Positions 1 through 10,710 are shown, counted from the first letter of the stretch. The stretch: DNA of 64,000 nt from a virus (IMGVR_UViG_3300028591_000136:37108-101107); one strand, 5' to 3'. The notes: generated by a model from the letters alone, not told the origin. Made by a program: numbers and translations.

Positions 1-3000
1 TAAGATCCAAACCTTCTATAGATGACGCTCCAAAAATGAAACATGGTTGCTTGTCTTCGAGCTGAACAAAAGCATCTATCTGTGCTTCTCCGCCTGGAGT
101 AACGCTTGCTTCTGTCAAACCGTCTCCGAGGACCGTAACTATTTCGTCACCCTTAGAACCATACTATGCTTTAAAGAATGTATCGTTTGTAGGATAAATC
201 TTTATAAGGTTATATCCGCTTATATCCTGTGGTTTACTGATACGGAACTATATGGAATGTTTGGTAAAGTCTCCACAAGACCATTTTGCGTCATAATAGT
301 TCATTGACTTACTCAACCACCAGTGTCTATGAGACGTTCTAGCACCATTGAGGTATAATCTATATTTCGGGTTTTTAGTAGCATCGATATACTTATAATG
401 TCCAGATTCGTTATATAAAGTTTCTGACCACTTCTCAACATACTCTTCATCAAACATTTTAGATGCGTTGTCGTAGGTAAGTCCAGCTTGATACAGAGCT
501 TCTGCTACTTCTGGAACAATTGTGTTAGCCCAGTAGTCCCAACATTCCAAGCAATCCCACAGTACGTTAGATTGTGTTGCTGTTCTTCCTGAGAATGCGT
601 ATGTCGTACCTCCAGCTTTGGTGTCACGAGTCAATGGTGGTTCGTATGCAATCACACCATTGTTAGCACAACCAAGTGCAATATCCATATCCCATGGCTC
701 ATAGTGCCAGTGTTGTCCGTCGTATGTTTTTAACTGTGCATTACGTTCAACCGAGTCAATAAGACCGAATCGTAGGAAGAAAATATAGTATGCTGCAAGC
801 TTATATAGATCCAGGTGATCATGCGCTTCGTTCATGAATTTTGTAAGCTCGGCCTGTGTAACACGAGCCTGTGATCCAGTTTCACCAAGAACAGAGCCTG
901 TAGATTTTAACGCGGCAACGTCAGTAATCCAATCCAAGAACTGCATAAACGGTGTAACAGTCTGTTGGAATTCTTCAGGAGAGAAGTTTTCGTTTTCGTC
1001 AACGATATCCTCTTTGTCCGGATATATTAACTCAAAATGTTGTTCCCAATAGTAAGATGTAGCCCTTCCGTTCTGGTCTGTGGTATAAGCATCGTCGAAT
1101 CTGTGCTGTTCGCCTGAAGGAATAAGGTTATCGTTTTCGTCAAGCATATAACTGCTTGCAATATTCTTACTAGAATAACTGGTCAACGGCGAGTTAGGAT
1201 ATACAACTTCTACCTGCAATACGTTTTTGTTATCCCATACTTTGTTTTCAGACTTGTCTTTCTTCTTGTTGTCAATCTTCATGCAGAATGGGTCTGATGG
1301 ATCGTCTGTAAGATATATACTTCTTTCACCATACACGAAATCTGACTTCTTGTCGTCCATAAACACGTACTGTCCTAAAAGCGTAAGCTCTTGATTTTGA
1401 GTAGATGTATCTCTATAGAATACAGTACACGGGAACGAGTCTGCAGCATTTCTTATAGTGTAAGGGAAGTCTACGTTTGCTATTTCTGGCCAAGTCTTTC
1501 CTACGCGATTTGCATTATATCCGTTCTAAGTACTAATTAAATTGTAATATCCGTCTACCCAGCTTCCGTCTTCATTTAGATTAGGATCGTTGTGCGTAAT
1601 CTTCGCACCTGATGTAAACAACTGTGGAGTAGTTCTCAGCTTATATTCTCCGTCAAAACTTGCATTATACCACGTATCTTGAATAAGTCTTAACAGCGAA
1701 CCGTTGTGTGCACCAGAAGAGTCGGCATAGTTTGCTTGCAATACGAACTTGTTTGATGGTATTGCGCCATTCTTCATTATATATCTATTCTTGTTGAGAC
1801 CAAGATATTGTTGAGAACTACATATAAGCTCTGGAACAACTTCCTATGTAACACCACCGCTTTCATAAAACTTATTACTCTTATTCAACCATATCTTCAT
1901 AGAAGTGATTGGATAGGAAAGAGTAGACTGTCCGTGGTTTCTTATTCTACAGTTTGTTACTGTAAAGTTTTTACTTGGATCAATGTTTGATTCTCTACTA
2001 ATATTTACCGTAGCGTTCTCTTTAGCTTGGGCATTGTTTAATATATTATCAAGATCTCCTTCTATCACAATGAGATCTTGTTTGCCCTACATTCCGGCAT
2101 ATGTTATAGAAGAACTATTTCCGTATACATCATTTCTACTTATCAGGGAAGAATCACTAATGTTATCAAACATGTAGTTATCCAATGCCTGTTTTGGAGA
2201 AATATCCTAACGATAAGCTCTGATCGAGTATACTCTAATGCTACTTCTAGACCCTCCGATTTTTATGTTACCAGAAGCACTGTTTATACTTGCATTACCT
2301 TTTACAGCAGCCCTTTCGAGTATACCGTTGTTTATTATATAAATAAGATTGGAGTCGTTTGTTATATCAGAATATCTGTTGAATATAAAACACAACTTGA
2401 TTCTCTCTCCAGCCTTAAAATTAGTTTTTATGGTAGGTGTATTTGAATTCTCGTAGAAAGCCGCACTGTTTGGTGTAATGGCAATATAACCTTTTGTTGT
2501 ATCACCAATGGTAAGTATGACGTCATCTTCACTATTCACCTGTTCTGGTTTAAAGTCTATTTCAAATGCAGCACCATTGTCCAATATATTGTACTAGACG
2601 TTTTCCAAAGTTTCTGGGAACGGACAGTAGTTTATGATGGCATAAGAATCCAATCCTTTTAATACAAGACTGTTGTTATCCCAACCGTTACTGTTGTCAA
2701 AAGATACGCCAGAGCTAAATGTTGTTGTAATATTGTGGTCAAAATCTGTCCAGGAATCCTTTGTCTCAGAAGAGTTTGTTTTACCATATGCAGACAACTT
2801 TAAAGAAAAGTTTCCAGTTTCTGTTACGTTTATAATGTTTTCAGCAATGTTTATTGGGAACTCTTCGACGTCTACTCCGTTAATCCTTGCTACAATGTAG
2901 GAATTGTCAGTTTCGTATGACAATGCTATACTTGGAATAAAGCTCAACGATGTCGGTTTAACACCCTTTGCTCCAAGAATATTTACAAGTTCTGTATACT

Positions 3001-4192
3001 GATATTCTCCAGCAACACCTGTTCGCAAGTACCAGTTTACATCAACCTGTTGGTCGCCAGCGTCTGTATAATAACCCCAATCGAATGTAAACGGAATGTA
3101 TTGTGTGGCATGTAATATAACCTTTCCAGAATCCAAATAGCTGTAGTTTGAATTTGAAGCTGAGTATGCACAGTTTACAAAACCGTTTACAAGGTCTCCA
3201 AGATTTGAAGCAACCTCAAATTCGTATACAAGAACATTACTGTCAAACGTTGTCTAGCTTTCAGCATCACTCATCTGACTCTTTATGGTCATCCTATATT
3301 TTCTAGGAGTATTGTAGTCGCTAGCCAGATACGGATTCTGTATCTCAAAACGCTTTGATGGGTTTGATCCAGTATCAGTGTATCTCCAATCTGCTACCAA
3401 TGTAGACTGAGATGTTCCTGCTTCCGAGATATATACGTTTGTTGTAACCGGAAGGTTTGTAATACTTCTCTTAACTGCTACATCGAAAGAAAACGCTCTG
3501 TTGTTTGATACGCCAGTGTAATATCCTGAGAAATTACTAGATATAGAGAATGTTACCAAGAAAATACTAAACGTTCTAGTAGTTTTGGCATTGTGGTTAT
3601 TAGCCACAGCTTTTATTGTAACCTTGTTTTCTCCAGATCTTAAATACTGATATATGTTTTTAGTAACCGAATCACCAGTAGTTATTTGATATCCTTCACT
3701 GTATGTTACATTTTCAGAACTATCTTTTATCGTATATGTTACAGAAACTACGTCTGAGTCTGGTTCGCCGAGAGAATCTTCTAGTCCAAGTGTATATGAC
3801 AATATTGCGTTGTTGGAAGTAGAGTTACCCTCTATTATATAGCGAGCCTATAAGAATGACTCCAAACCCGTAATCTTGTACGTAGCTGGAAGATCCATGC
3901 TGTACAGTACAAAATCTTCGGCTTTTTCTGGATCATATAAAGGACTGTCTGATTTAGCATATTGCTGCCACAACGTTTTTGCTGCTTCGCTGCTAAAAAA
4001 TCTAATCTGTCCAGCGTCATCATCTTTGTCTGTAACAAATGGTGTTTTTAGTTTTTCCTAAAGAAGTTCACGAATTGATTTACCAGAGATAGGATGGTCT
4101 TGATCCACTCCAGATATAGTATTACCGGTGATACTGTTTACCCCACTGACCCAATCTACGAATTCATTTATTTTTCCTTGATATGTTTCCAT
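1..4192 (-). CDS. Large virion/tail-associated protein with LamG-like and CotH kinase-like domains; TAG-recoded; 3' end outside the window (>1390 aa)
   Basis: ATG at 4192. ORF fragments 3254-3802, 2594-3136, 2207-2584, 1844-2068, 1526-1777 and 248-1366 share one frame and are separated only by TAG (4058, 3848, 3254, 2594, 2207, 1844, 1526, 248, 164). CotH-like motifs LQANYADSSGAHN, GQYVF and IDSVERN...WDMDIALG. Confidence 0.85.
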
Positions 4193-4203
4193 TATATTTT
4201 GTT

Positions 4204-4401
4204 TTAATCAGTCCAAGGTGTGTCATCTGTCCATGGGTATTTATCTATCCAATAACCCATAGCATAACAACTAAGTATCTCTTCTATAATTGGGGGTATA
4301 TCTTCAGGCCAGATAAGTTGCCCCCGCGTGTATACGGCGACAATAGGTAGATCTTTATAGTATATTTGATTTACCTTTCTACCGTTTATATATATTCCCA
4401 T
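4204..4401 (-). CDS. Small hypothetical protein of the tail module (65 aa)
   Basis: Compact ATG-TAA ORF filling the gap between two larger genes. Confidence 0.75.
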   Translation of the reverse strand: MGIYINGRKVNQIYYKDLPIVAVYTRGQLIWPEDIPPIIEEILSCYAMGYWIDKYPWTDDTPWTD

Positions 4402-4412
4402 AATTTAATGTA

Positions 4413-6179
4413 TTATCCAACTGTAGGATTTTCACCAGGGGTTACTTGTGTAACTGCAGTAAATCCGTTACCAACCCATTCTAACTCTTCTTTATCAGCA
4501 ATAGCTTGAGAACTCCAAGGACCAAAACCAGTACCTTTAGCCCAGTTTACAAACATTATAATATCGTTTATACTACAACTAGCAATAGTCTGTGGAGTAT
4601 ATGTATTAGCTGATATTGTTTGTTCGGCTACAGGTATAACATAATCCTGTACAGTACCATCAGAAGGACTAGCAGTTGTAATAGTAAGTGTATTTGTAGT
4701 ACTATTATTTATACCTATAACTTTTAATACACCACAATCCTTTGGGTTATTCTTTTTTGTGAGTTTATATTGTACCTCTATACCGTTGTCTGTCTCACCA
4801 AAATTGAAGCTAGAACCAAAATCAAGGACACCTCCAAGTTTTAATTCACCACCAGATTCAATCTTAATAGCAGGAGCAGGAATTTCCGTAAACGTAATAT
4901 AAACGCCAGTACCAGTATATATCTTAGTTGTATCTGGAAGTGTAGTAAAATCGCCTTCGTTATATATTCCGTCAAGTATATTTTGTGCTAAATCATCATA
5001 TACCTTTTGAGAAATTGTATCAACTGAAATTACTCCATTGTGATTTTCTGGTTCGCTTGTTTCAGAAACCTAATACGTAACATTAGTAGCAATTTCAACG
5101 GCACCTTTGTTTGTAATCTTAGTATGACGATCTTTACCACCATTCATTGCATAAGCAGTCTTGATGATATCTTTCGTTTTGCACTGTTCGTCAGAAGTAT
5201 CGATAAAATCATAAAAATCGTCTGCCGATTCGTATGTCTTTCCAGTCTGTGTAGCAAGAGCACTATTATTTGCGATAGTGTTCTTTTTGTATTTTAATGC
5301 ACCTGTTGCAGGAAGTGCTCCAAGATCACCTTCTATTTCATCTACAATAGTCTTTCCGGAAGGTTCTGTGGTACGATTTGACATCTTCCAAATACCTTCT
5401 CTATTGAATCTGTATTCATCAGTAAAGATAGATGTTTTTTCTGCATTGAACGTACCAAACTCAAGACCGTCACCTCCACCGTGTTCAAATTTAATCTTAT
5501 TCATGTTGCCATCAGAATCATATCCTTTTGGCTGAAGTGCAATTCCACCGTGTTTTTCACAGCGAAGATCGATAGCTTGTGCACGAACTTTTAGGTAACC
5601 GCGCTCCTCACGTTCAGAATTCGTGCCAGAATCAAGAGTTTCTCCAGTAAGAATGCGAACATCCATTACCTTTGCATCGTCAGATTTAAACAATGGTTCT
5701 GCAGAGATATCGCTACCGCTATTTTTATCTTTCTTTCTGGTAGCAGTTTTTGGATTATTTGCAGTACCTACAGCAAGATCAAGTTCTCCAGCAACAACTT
5801 GTAATTTTACAGGATTGTCGCTACCATCAATGTTTTTAACGACAACTTTATCTCTCTTTTTTGGTTCTCTGTGATGAGAACAGAATTGAATGTCGTCTCC
5901 AGACTTTAGTGCAATATCACCATAGTTTCCAGAATAAGAAGCCGTGTTGTTATCCCAAGCAGGCTCAATGTTTACGTTCTTATTGCTTCCAACGGTAACA
6001 TTTCCTTTTGAACTTACAGAGATTACACCATTGGTATCTATTACAGTAGAAGCTGTACCTCCACCACCATTATTGATAGCATCAACAGCTGCGTCTACAT
6101 CTTGAGCTAGGTTATTCCATTCGGTATGGGTTAGTTGGTCCCCAGCATGTTTTTCTGAATATGTAAATTTTTTTGTCAT
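4413..6179 (-). CDS. Putative tail/fibre structural protein (588 aa with one TAG read through)
   Basis: ORF 5070-6179 ends at TAG 5070-5072. The frame stays open to TAA at 4413-4415. Gly/Thr/Ser-rich composition. Confidence 0.75.
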
Positions 6180-6210
6180 ATTATGTTAAATTAATAGGGA
6201 ACGTACCTAG

Positions 6211-6606
6211 TCATTCACCAGCAAGTACAACTGGGAACGTGCCACCAAATGTCCAATTTGTTTTTGCTTCAGGCTCTAATATAAAGTATATTGCATTGTC
6301 TTGATAATTTTGTAAAGCCTGATATTCTTCTAATGTTGTAAATATATGTTTAGTACCGTCTTCACTTATTATAGTAGAACCTGAATGATTATTTTCTAAA
6401 TCAGTAATTCTTTCTGTAAGCTATTCTATTAAGTTTAATATATTACCATCTATAGTAATATCTCCCGATACTGCGCCGTAATATTGTCCGTGTGTCCAGA
6501 TTAAGTGTTTATCCTATATAAACACAATACTCTATCTGTCTATTTCGGATAATTTACTTTGAAAATCTGTTAAAGTTTTAAAATATAAAAACCGATATTT
6601 AATCAT
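6211..6606 (-). CDS. Hypothetical tail-module protein, TAG-recoded (absent from the ORF track)
   Basis: ATG 6606, MIKYRFLYFKT...IWTHGQYY..., in-frame TAGs at 6532, 6514 and 6421. TGA at 6211-6213; the frame continues to TAA at 6181. Confidence 0.75.
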
Positions 6607-6644
6607 ACGACGTACTGTCTTTAATTTTACATATTTATATATAT

Positions 6645-6677
6645 GGTTAAAGGGGCCCATTACTGGGTCCCTGAACC
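6645..6677 (-). terminator. GC-rich hairpin after dUTPase (possible terminator or processing site)
   Basis: Inverted repeat AGGGGCCCA-TTAC-TGGGTCCCT; weak U tract. Confidence 0.35.
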
Positions 6678-6734
6678 TCATGAAGCATTGCCAGACTTAT
6701 GTACGCCGCTTCTCAGGCTTTTATTACGTAATTA

Positions 6735-7289
6735 TTATGCCTGCTCAGGGATGCTTTGTTCCCCGCCGCTACCCTCGTTTGCAGTCTCTTGAGCTTGTTC
6801 CTCCTCTATAGCGGGAGACTCAACAGATCCTGTGGGCGCGCTCTCTGTACTCGTCTCATCTGTACTACCAAATCCTTCATTACCACGATCACCGTTGGAA
6901 AGTTCAGAAGTTTCAGTGAATGTGAATTCTGGACAAGGAAGTATCAGCAACTGAGCAAATTTTTCACCTGGTTTGTATACAGCAGGTACAACATCTGTAG
7001 TTGACCTAAACTTAGCCATTACCTCACCTCTGTAACCAGCGTGTACTACACCTGCATGATTTGTAAGCATAAGTGACTTCTTGTATACAGAAGATCTTGG
7101 TATAAGGAGACCAAAGTAACCCTCTGGAATCTCAATAGCCAAACCAGTATGGTAAACTAAAATAAGTTGTCCGCACTCATTTACCTCTGTAGTAATATCA
7201 GTGGCAACTAAATCAAATCCTGCGTCACTTTCGTGAGCACGTACCGGAGCTACTGCTCTCTGGTCAAGTTTCTTAAAATTTATATTCAT
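6735..7289 (-). CDS. dut: Trimeric dUTPase
   Basis: Motifs AGFDL, HTGLAIEIPEGYFGLLIPRSS, AGVVHAGYRGE, AQLLI and RGNEGFGST. Confidence 0.95.
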   Translation of the reverse strand: MNINFKKLDQRAVAPVRAHESDAGFDLVATDITTEVNECGQLILVYHTGLAIEIPEGYFGLLIPRSSVYKKSLMLTNHAGVVHAGYRGEVMAKFRSTTDVVPAVYKPGEKFAQLLILPCPEFTFTETSELSNGDRGNEGFGSTDETSTESAPTGSVESPAIEEEQAQETANEGSGGEQSIPEQA

Positions 7290-7312
7290 GTCTAAATATT
7301 ATTTTATTCAAG

Positions 7313-7410
7313 TACTGGCGGTGGGAGTTGCACCCACTTTTGACTGTATACTATCAATCGCTCTTCAAGGTTTTACGTATACCTATTATCCTGTCTTGAG
7401 TTACGCCAAT
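7313..7410 (-). ncRNA. tRNA-like element with expanded D-loop and 8-nt anticodon loop
   Basis: Acceptor ATTGGCG/CGCCAGT, T-arm GTGGG-TGCAACT-CCCAC, anticodon stem GATTG/CAGTC with loop ATAGTATA, and a D-loop of about 34 nt. Abuts the CCA end of the suppressor tRNA. Confidence 0.6.
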
Positions 7411-7485
7411 TGGTCCCGGCGACCGGTTCGCTCCAGTTATTTTGGGGTTAGAGCCCAATGTGTTAGCATCATACACCACACCGAA
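7411..7485 (-). tRNA. Amber suppressor tRNA (anticodon CUA)
   Basis: Reverse complement folds as TTCGGTG / GTGT..ACAC / TTGGG-CTCTAAC-CCCAA / ACTGG-AGCGAA-CCGGT / CGCCGGG-A-CCA. Anticodon CTA at 7451-7449. Non-canonical 6-nt T-loop. Confidence 0.85.
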
Positions 7486-7489
7486 GGGG

Positions 7490-7726
7490 TGGCTCTTTTA
7501 ACGACTGAGCCAGAAGATGTCTAAATACTCATATTAGATGAGCCCTACTGCAGTCGCGATCTGCTGTACTCTTTGTATGTAGGGCTAGGCCTCAGCTCGC
7601 AAGCTGAGCACGTAGGTTAACTCCTACGTTAGTTATACGGCCTGGGTGCTGTTCTCGTATGTCCAGCCAACCTCCGCGACAACCCGAAAAACATGTCGCT
7701 ACATACTCTGCGGGAAGCATCCCAGG
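7490..7726 (-). ncRNA. Structured intergenic RNA upstream of the suppressor tRNA
   Basis: GC-rich tract with stems CCTGGGATGCT/AGCACCCAGG, GCGACA/TGTCGC, ACGTAGG/CCTACGT, CTCAGC/GCTGAG, AGCCCTAC/GTAGGGCT and TGGCTC/GAGCCA. Confidence 0.5.
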
Positions 7727-7738
7727 AACTGTTATTTC

Positions 7739-8089
7739 TTACTTTCTACGAATCCAATTCCAGAAGCGCTTGAAGATATTAGGCTTCTTGATTTTATAGT
7801 TACCCTTAGAATCAAAGATGAGTTTCTCATCACCCTTAACTTCAATCTTTGCACCAGGTACATTCATGAATGTATCTACTGCTGCAGCAGCAATCAGATC
7901 GATACTCTCATAAACTGCATTATCTTTAGCAAGCTCAAGTTCCTCTGTAGTAATTGGTTTGCCTGCACGAACCTTAGCGCTTACAACTTCGTTGTAAAGT
8001 TGTGCTGGAGTAGTGTTATCTACACAGTTCATAATGAACTCAGGTTGTACAGTCTTCTTTGTAGTTTTCTTTGTATCTGTCTTTTTCAT
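7739..8089 (-). CDS. Hypothetical protein
   Basis: 116-aa ORF in an operon; basic amphipathic C-terminus. Confidence 0.8.
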   Translation of the reverse strand: MKKTDTKKTTKKTVQPEFIMNCVDNTTPAQLYNEVVSAKVRAGKPITTEELELAKDNAVYESIDLIAAAAVDTFMNVPGAKIEVKGDEKLIFDSKGNYKIKKPNIFKRFWNWIRRK

Positions 8090-8110
8090 AATTGTATATT
8101 TATATTCTGA

Positions 8111-8482
8111 TTAACACGACTTACAACAATTCTCGCAATCACAGCAACTAGGACCATCAATGTTCTGTCCCATCGCTTCAGCGTTCTTAAGTCTAGCTTC
8201 CTCCATTCGCTTCTCGTAACTTTCGAGATTCTTGATCCACTCTTCACTCTTTACAACGATCATTCGCTTATCGAACTCGTCAGTATAGAATGTAACAATA
8301 ACATCATTCTTCTCTACATCAGCCTCTTCTCTATGTTTACCAGTCTGATAGATTACGTGCATCTGTTCTGGAGCTACATAAATGCGCTGGATTGCTTCAC
8401 GTGCAGAAGGAATACTGCTAACTTCATTAGTATCAAAATCTACTGTCATATTGATACCTTCCTTAATAAACATCGTCTTCAT
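8111..8482 (-). CDS. Hypothetical protein with Cys-rich C-terminus
   Basis: 123-aa ORF; ATGA overlap with the upstream gene. Confidence 0.8.
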   Translation of the reverse strand: MKTMFIKEGINMTVDFDTNEVSSIPSAREAIQRIYVAPEQMHVIYQTGKHREEADVEKNDVIVTFYTDEFDKRMIVVKSEEWIKNLESYEKRMEEARLKNAEAMGQNIDGPSCCDCENCCKSC

Positions 8483-8691
8483 GTTGTATAACCTTTAGAT
8501 TTATTTTCTTTATATCTACGTTTCAGCTTAAACTTGAATAGTTGATTGAATAGGATGTCTTGACTTGCTTTATCGTCTTTCATCAATTCTACTGTTTGTA
8601 TGAATGGATGTTTACATACTACTTCAACTGTTTCTTTATCTATTCCAGTTCTCTTAGAAACTTCTTTTATGACTTGTTCAATATCAATCAC
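8479..8691 (-). CDS. HU/IHF-like DNA-binding protein
   Basis: IEQVIKEVSKRTGIDKETVEVV...ILFNQLFKFKLK resembles the HU/IHF helix-helix-beta pattern. Confidence 0.6.
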   Translation of the reverse strand: MIDIEQVIKEVSKRTGIDKETVEVVCKHPFIQTVELMKDDKASQDILFNQLFKFKLKRRYKENKSKGYTT

Positions 8692-9101
8692 TTCTCAATA
8701 CCAAGTATATCGTATTGTCTCAGAAGTCGACTGTCTTTAAGCAAATCAAAACGAAGTCCTGCTGCGTCTCTAAAGATTACCGTATCACCAACATTTATAT
8801 GTCTAATAATTGTATCAGCAGACTGTTCATTATAGTATAATGGACACTTGATAACTATTCCTCTACGATAATCAGAATCAACTTCTTTAACCTCTGTCTC
8901 AACATTTTCGAAGTCTTGTGCCTCGACTCCATTTGCATCTTTTGCGGGTGTACCAGTTGCGACAGGTTTACTAAACTCTTTCTTAACTTTAACCGGATCC
9001 AGGGGCTTTACAAGGAAGAAGTCAAGGAATTGGTATTTAACTCCATTGGCTACACTCTCTGCCAGCTCCGATTGGTCAATCATTTCATTTGTTTCGTTCA
9101 T
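8688..9101 (-). CDS. GroES/Cpn10-like co-chaperonin
   Basis: FLVKPLD...RRGIVIKCP...INVGDTVIF...LLRQYDILGI matches the GroES pattern. Confidence 0.65.
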   Translation of the reverse strand: MNETNEMIDQSELAESVANGVKYQFLDFFLVKPLDPVKVKKEFSKPVATGTPAKDANGVEAQDFENVETEVKEVDSDYRRGIVIKCPLYYNEQSADTIIRHINVGDTVIFRDAAGLRFDLLKDSRLLRQYDILGIEK

Positions 9102-9511
9102 TTCTTCAAGCTTTTAAGGTGCTCAAGTAATGTAATCATATTCGTCAGTACTGTCTGACGCTCTACCTTCACACATACTGGAAGGTCGGCCATATCCTGC
9201 TCGATGGTCTCCAAACCTTTCTTGTACTTAGTAAGTAAAGAATCAATCTCGTCGAATATATTAACGAAAGACTTATCACTTACTTCAGTAGCTTCCTCAA
9301 GGTAACCCTCTTCAACAAGAGCCTTTGCATATTCTACAGAGATCTTGAATTCTGAGGTGTATGAAGATTTCACATCGTTAGCAGTATCATCTGCCTTATA
9401 GAATTCCTCATTGTGTTTAGAGATATACATCTTCTCTTCATTCGAATATTCGAAGACATCTCCCAAATTCACAACAAGAAATGGTTCAACAACTCGTAAT
9501 ATTTTTGCCAT
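9098..9511 (-). CDS. Hypothetical protein (first gene of the leftward late operon)
   Basis: 137-aa ORF with ATGA overlap. Confidence 0.8.
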   Translation of the reverse strand: MAKILRVVEPFLVVNLGDVFEYSNEEKMYISKHNEEFYKADDTANDVKSSYTSEFKISVEYAKALVEEGYLEEATEVSDKSFVNIFDEIDSLLTKYKKGLETIEQDMADLPVCVKVERQTVLTNMITLLEHLKSLKK

Positions 9512-9545
9512 ATTGTTTAATTTTATTTTGCAAATTACAACGGCG

Positions 9546-9625
9546 TAACGTAATGTAACATAAAGTTGGTTGCAAATACTTATAAAATTTTTTATTTTGC
9601 AACTTTTTGGGCTATTTTAACGTTA
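9546..9625. promoter_or_regulatory. Divergent ECF-sigma-type promoter pair (TGCAAC-N17/18-CGTTA)
   Basis: Plus strand: TGCAAC 9598-9603, 17 nt, CGTTA 9621-9625. Minus strand: TGCAAC 9574-9569, 18 nt, CGTTA 9550-9546. Lies between divergent operons. Confidence 0.55.
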
Positions 9626-9692
9626 TGGGAGAGATAGTAGAGAGGGCGAACATCCCCCTAAGAACCCCCTAATATATATTATATACATTAAG

Positions 9693-10112
9693 ATGAACAA
9701 TAATAATAAGACTAAAAAGAAGAGTAGAATAGACACATATGAGACTATATACTACGTAGATTTAGTAGTAGCAAATCAATATACAACATTAGAAGAACTA
9801 AAGAAATTGTATATCTATTCAGATGGAGTAGAACTAGATGAACAAATAATGAATAATATATGTTCAACTAGTACTATAAGACGTAAATCAGATGATAAGG
9901 ATTGTATATTAGTCAAGTATAATGGCTATGTAGATATAAAATTTGTAGACAAAAAGATTGATTTACTTAACACCATAGCCCATGAAGCTGGTCATGTTTG
10001 TATAGATATATACGATCATATGAGACAGAATATCTGCTCATGTAGTCAAGAACCTTTCTGTTACTTACTAGGTTGGGTAACTCAATGTATATACAAAACG
10101 CTTAAAAAATGA
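9693..10112 (+). CDS. Zincin-like (HExxH) putative metalloprotease
   Basis: TIAHEAGH...QEPFCYLLGW. Confidence 0.7.
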   Translation: MNNNNKTKKKSRIDTYETIYYVDLVVANQYTTLEELKKLYIYSDGVELDEQIMNNICSTSTIRRKSDDKDCILVKYNGYVDIKFVDKKIDLLNTIAHEAGHVCIDIYDHMRQNICSCSQEPFCYLLGWVTQCIYKTLKK

Positions 10113-10648
10113 CGAATATTGAGCTAAATGCCATATTGTTTTACGCAGATTACATGTCTTTAAGAGAAACTTGTCAGCCTGTAACTGACAATTGTAAGTA
10201 TTTCTACATACACGGATGCCCTATAAATGCCGCATATATCCTAGATTTAGAACCTGAATACGACGAAACAAACCCTTATTTCATCCAAGCATACGCTGAA
10301 TACAGTGCAATCAGAGATAAATATGGTGATGAAGGTATTGAGAGTTTTATTGATGATATATGTGCTATCAGGGCTTGTGGAAGTGTTGATGCTAAGTAGA
10401 TGTTGACTCGTATACATCAGTTTAGTGATAAAAAATCCCGTAAGTTAGCATTTAGCAAGTATTACGAATGGAAAGAAAACTAGTTTTATTCTCATGTTAC
10501 AATCAATGAAGATGGATACCCCCAAGAAACACCGTGTACACGCTATGTGTCACACACTGAGAGAATGCTTAACAGACGAGGAATATTTAAAAGCACATAG
10601 AAGAATGGAAGAAATACAGAAAAGACACCTTAGAATGTTGAAAAATGA
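10109..10648 (+). CDS. Hypothetical protein, TAG-recoded (179 aa)
   Basis: ORF 10109-10399 continues through TAGs at 10397, 10481, 10598 and 10631 to TGA at 10646-10648. Confidence 0.6.
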
Positions 10649-10688
10649 AGATATTGAACCACTAGAATGGGACGATATAGACTTCTAA
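10494..10688 (+). CDS. Small hypothetical protein overlapping the previous gene in another frame
   Basis: Protein-like helical sequence ending WDDIDF; probable start at 10512. Confidence 0.4.
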   Translation: MLQSMKMDTPKKHRVHAMCHTLRECLTDEEYLKAHRRMEEIQKRHLRMLKNEDIEPLEWDDIDF

Positions 10689-10710
10689 ACAGTATTTAAC
10701 CCCCTAAATT

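Noticed and set aside
7300-7410. Theta (HDV-like) ribozyme downstream of the suppressor tRNA
   Set aside because: The trailer folds as a tRNA-like cloverleaf, and no nested double pseudoknot was found.
7288-8110. Plus-strand ORFs 7288-7524 and 7646-8110, and similar antisense ORFs elsewhere
   Set aside because: These are shadows of minus-strand RNA genes and CDSs.
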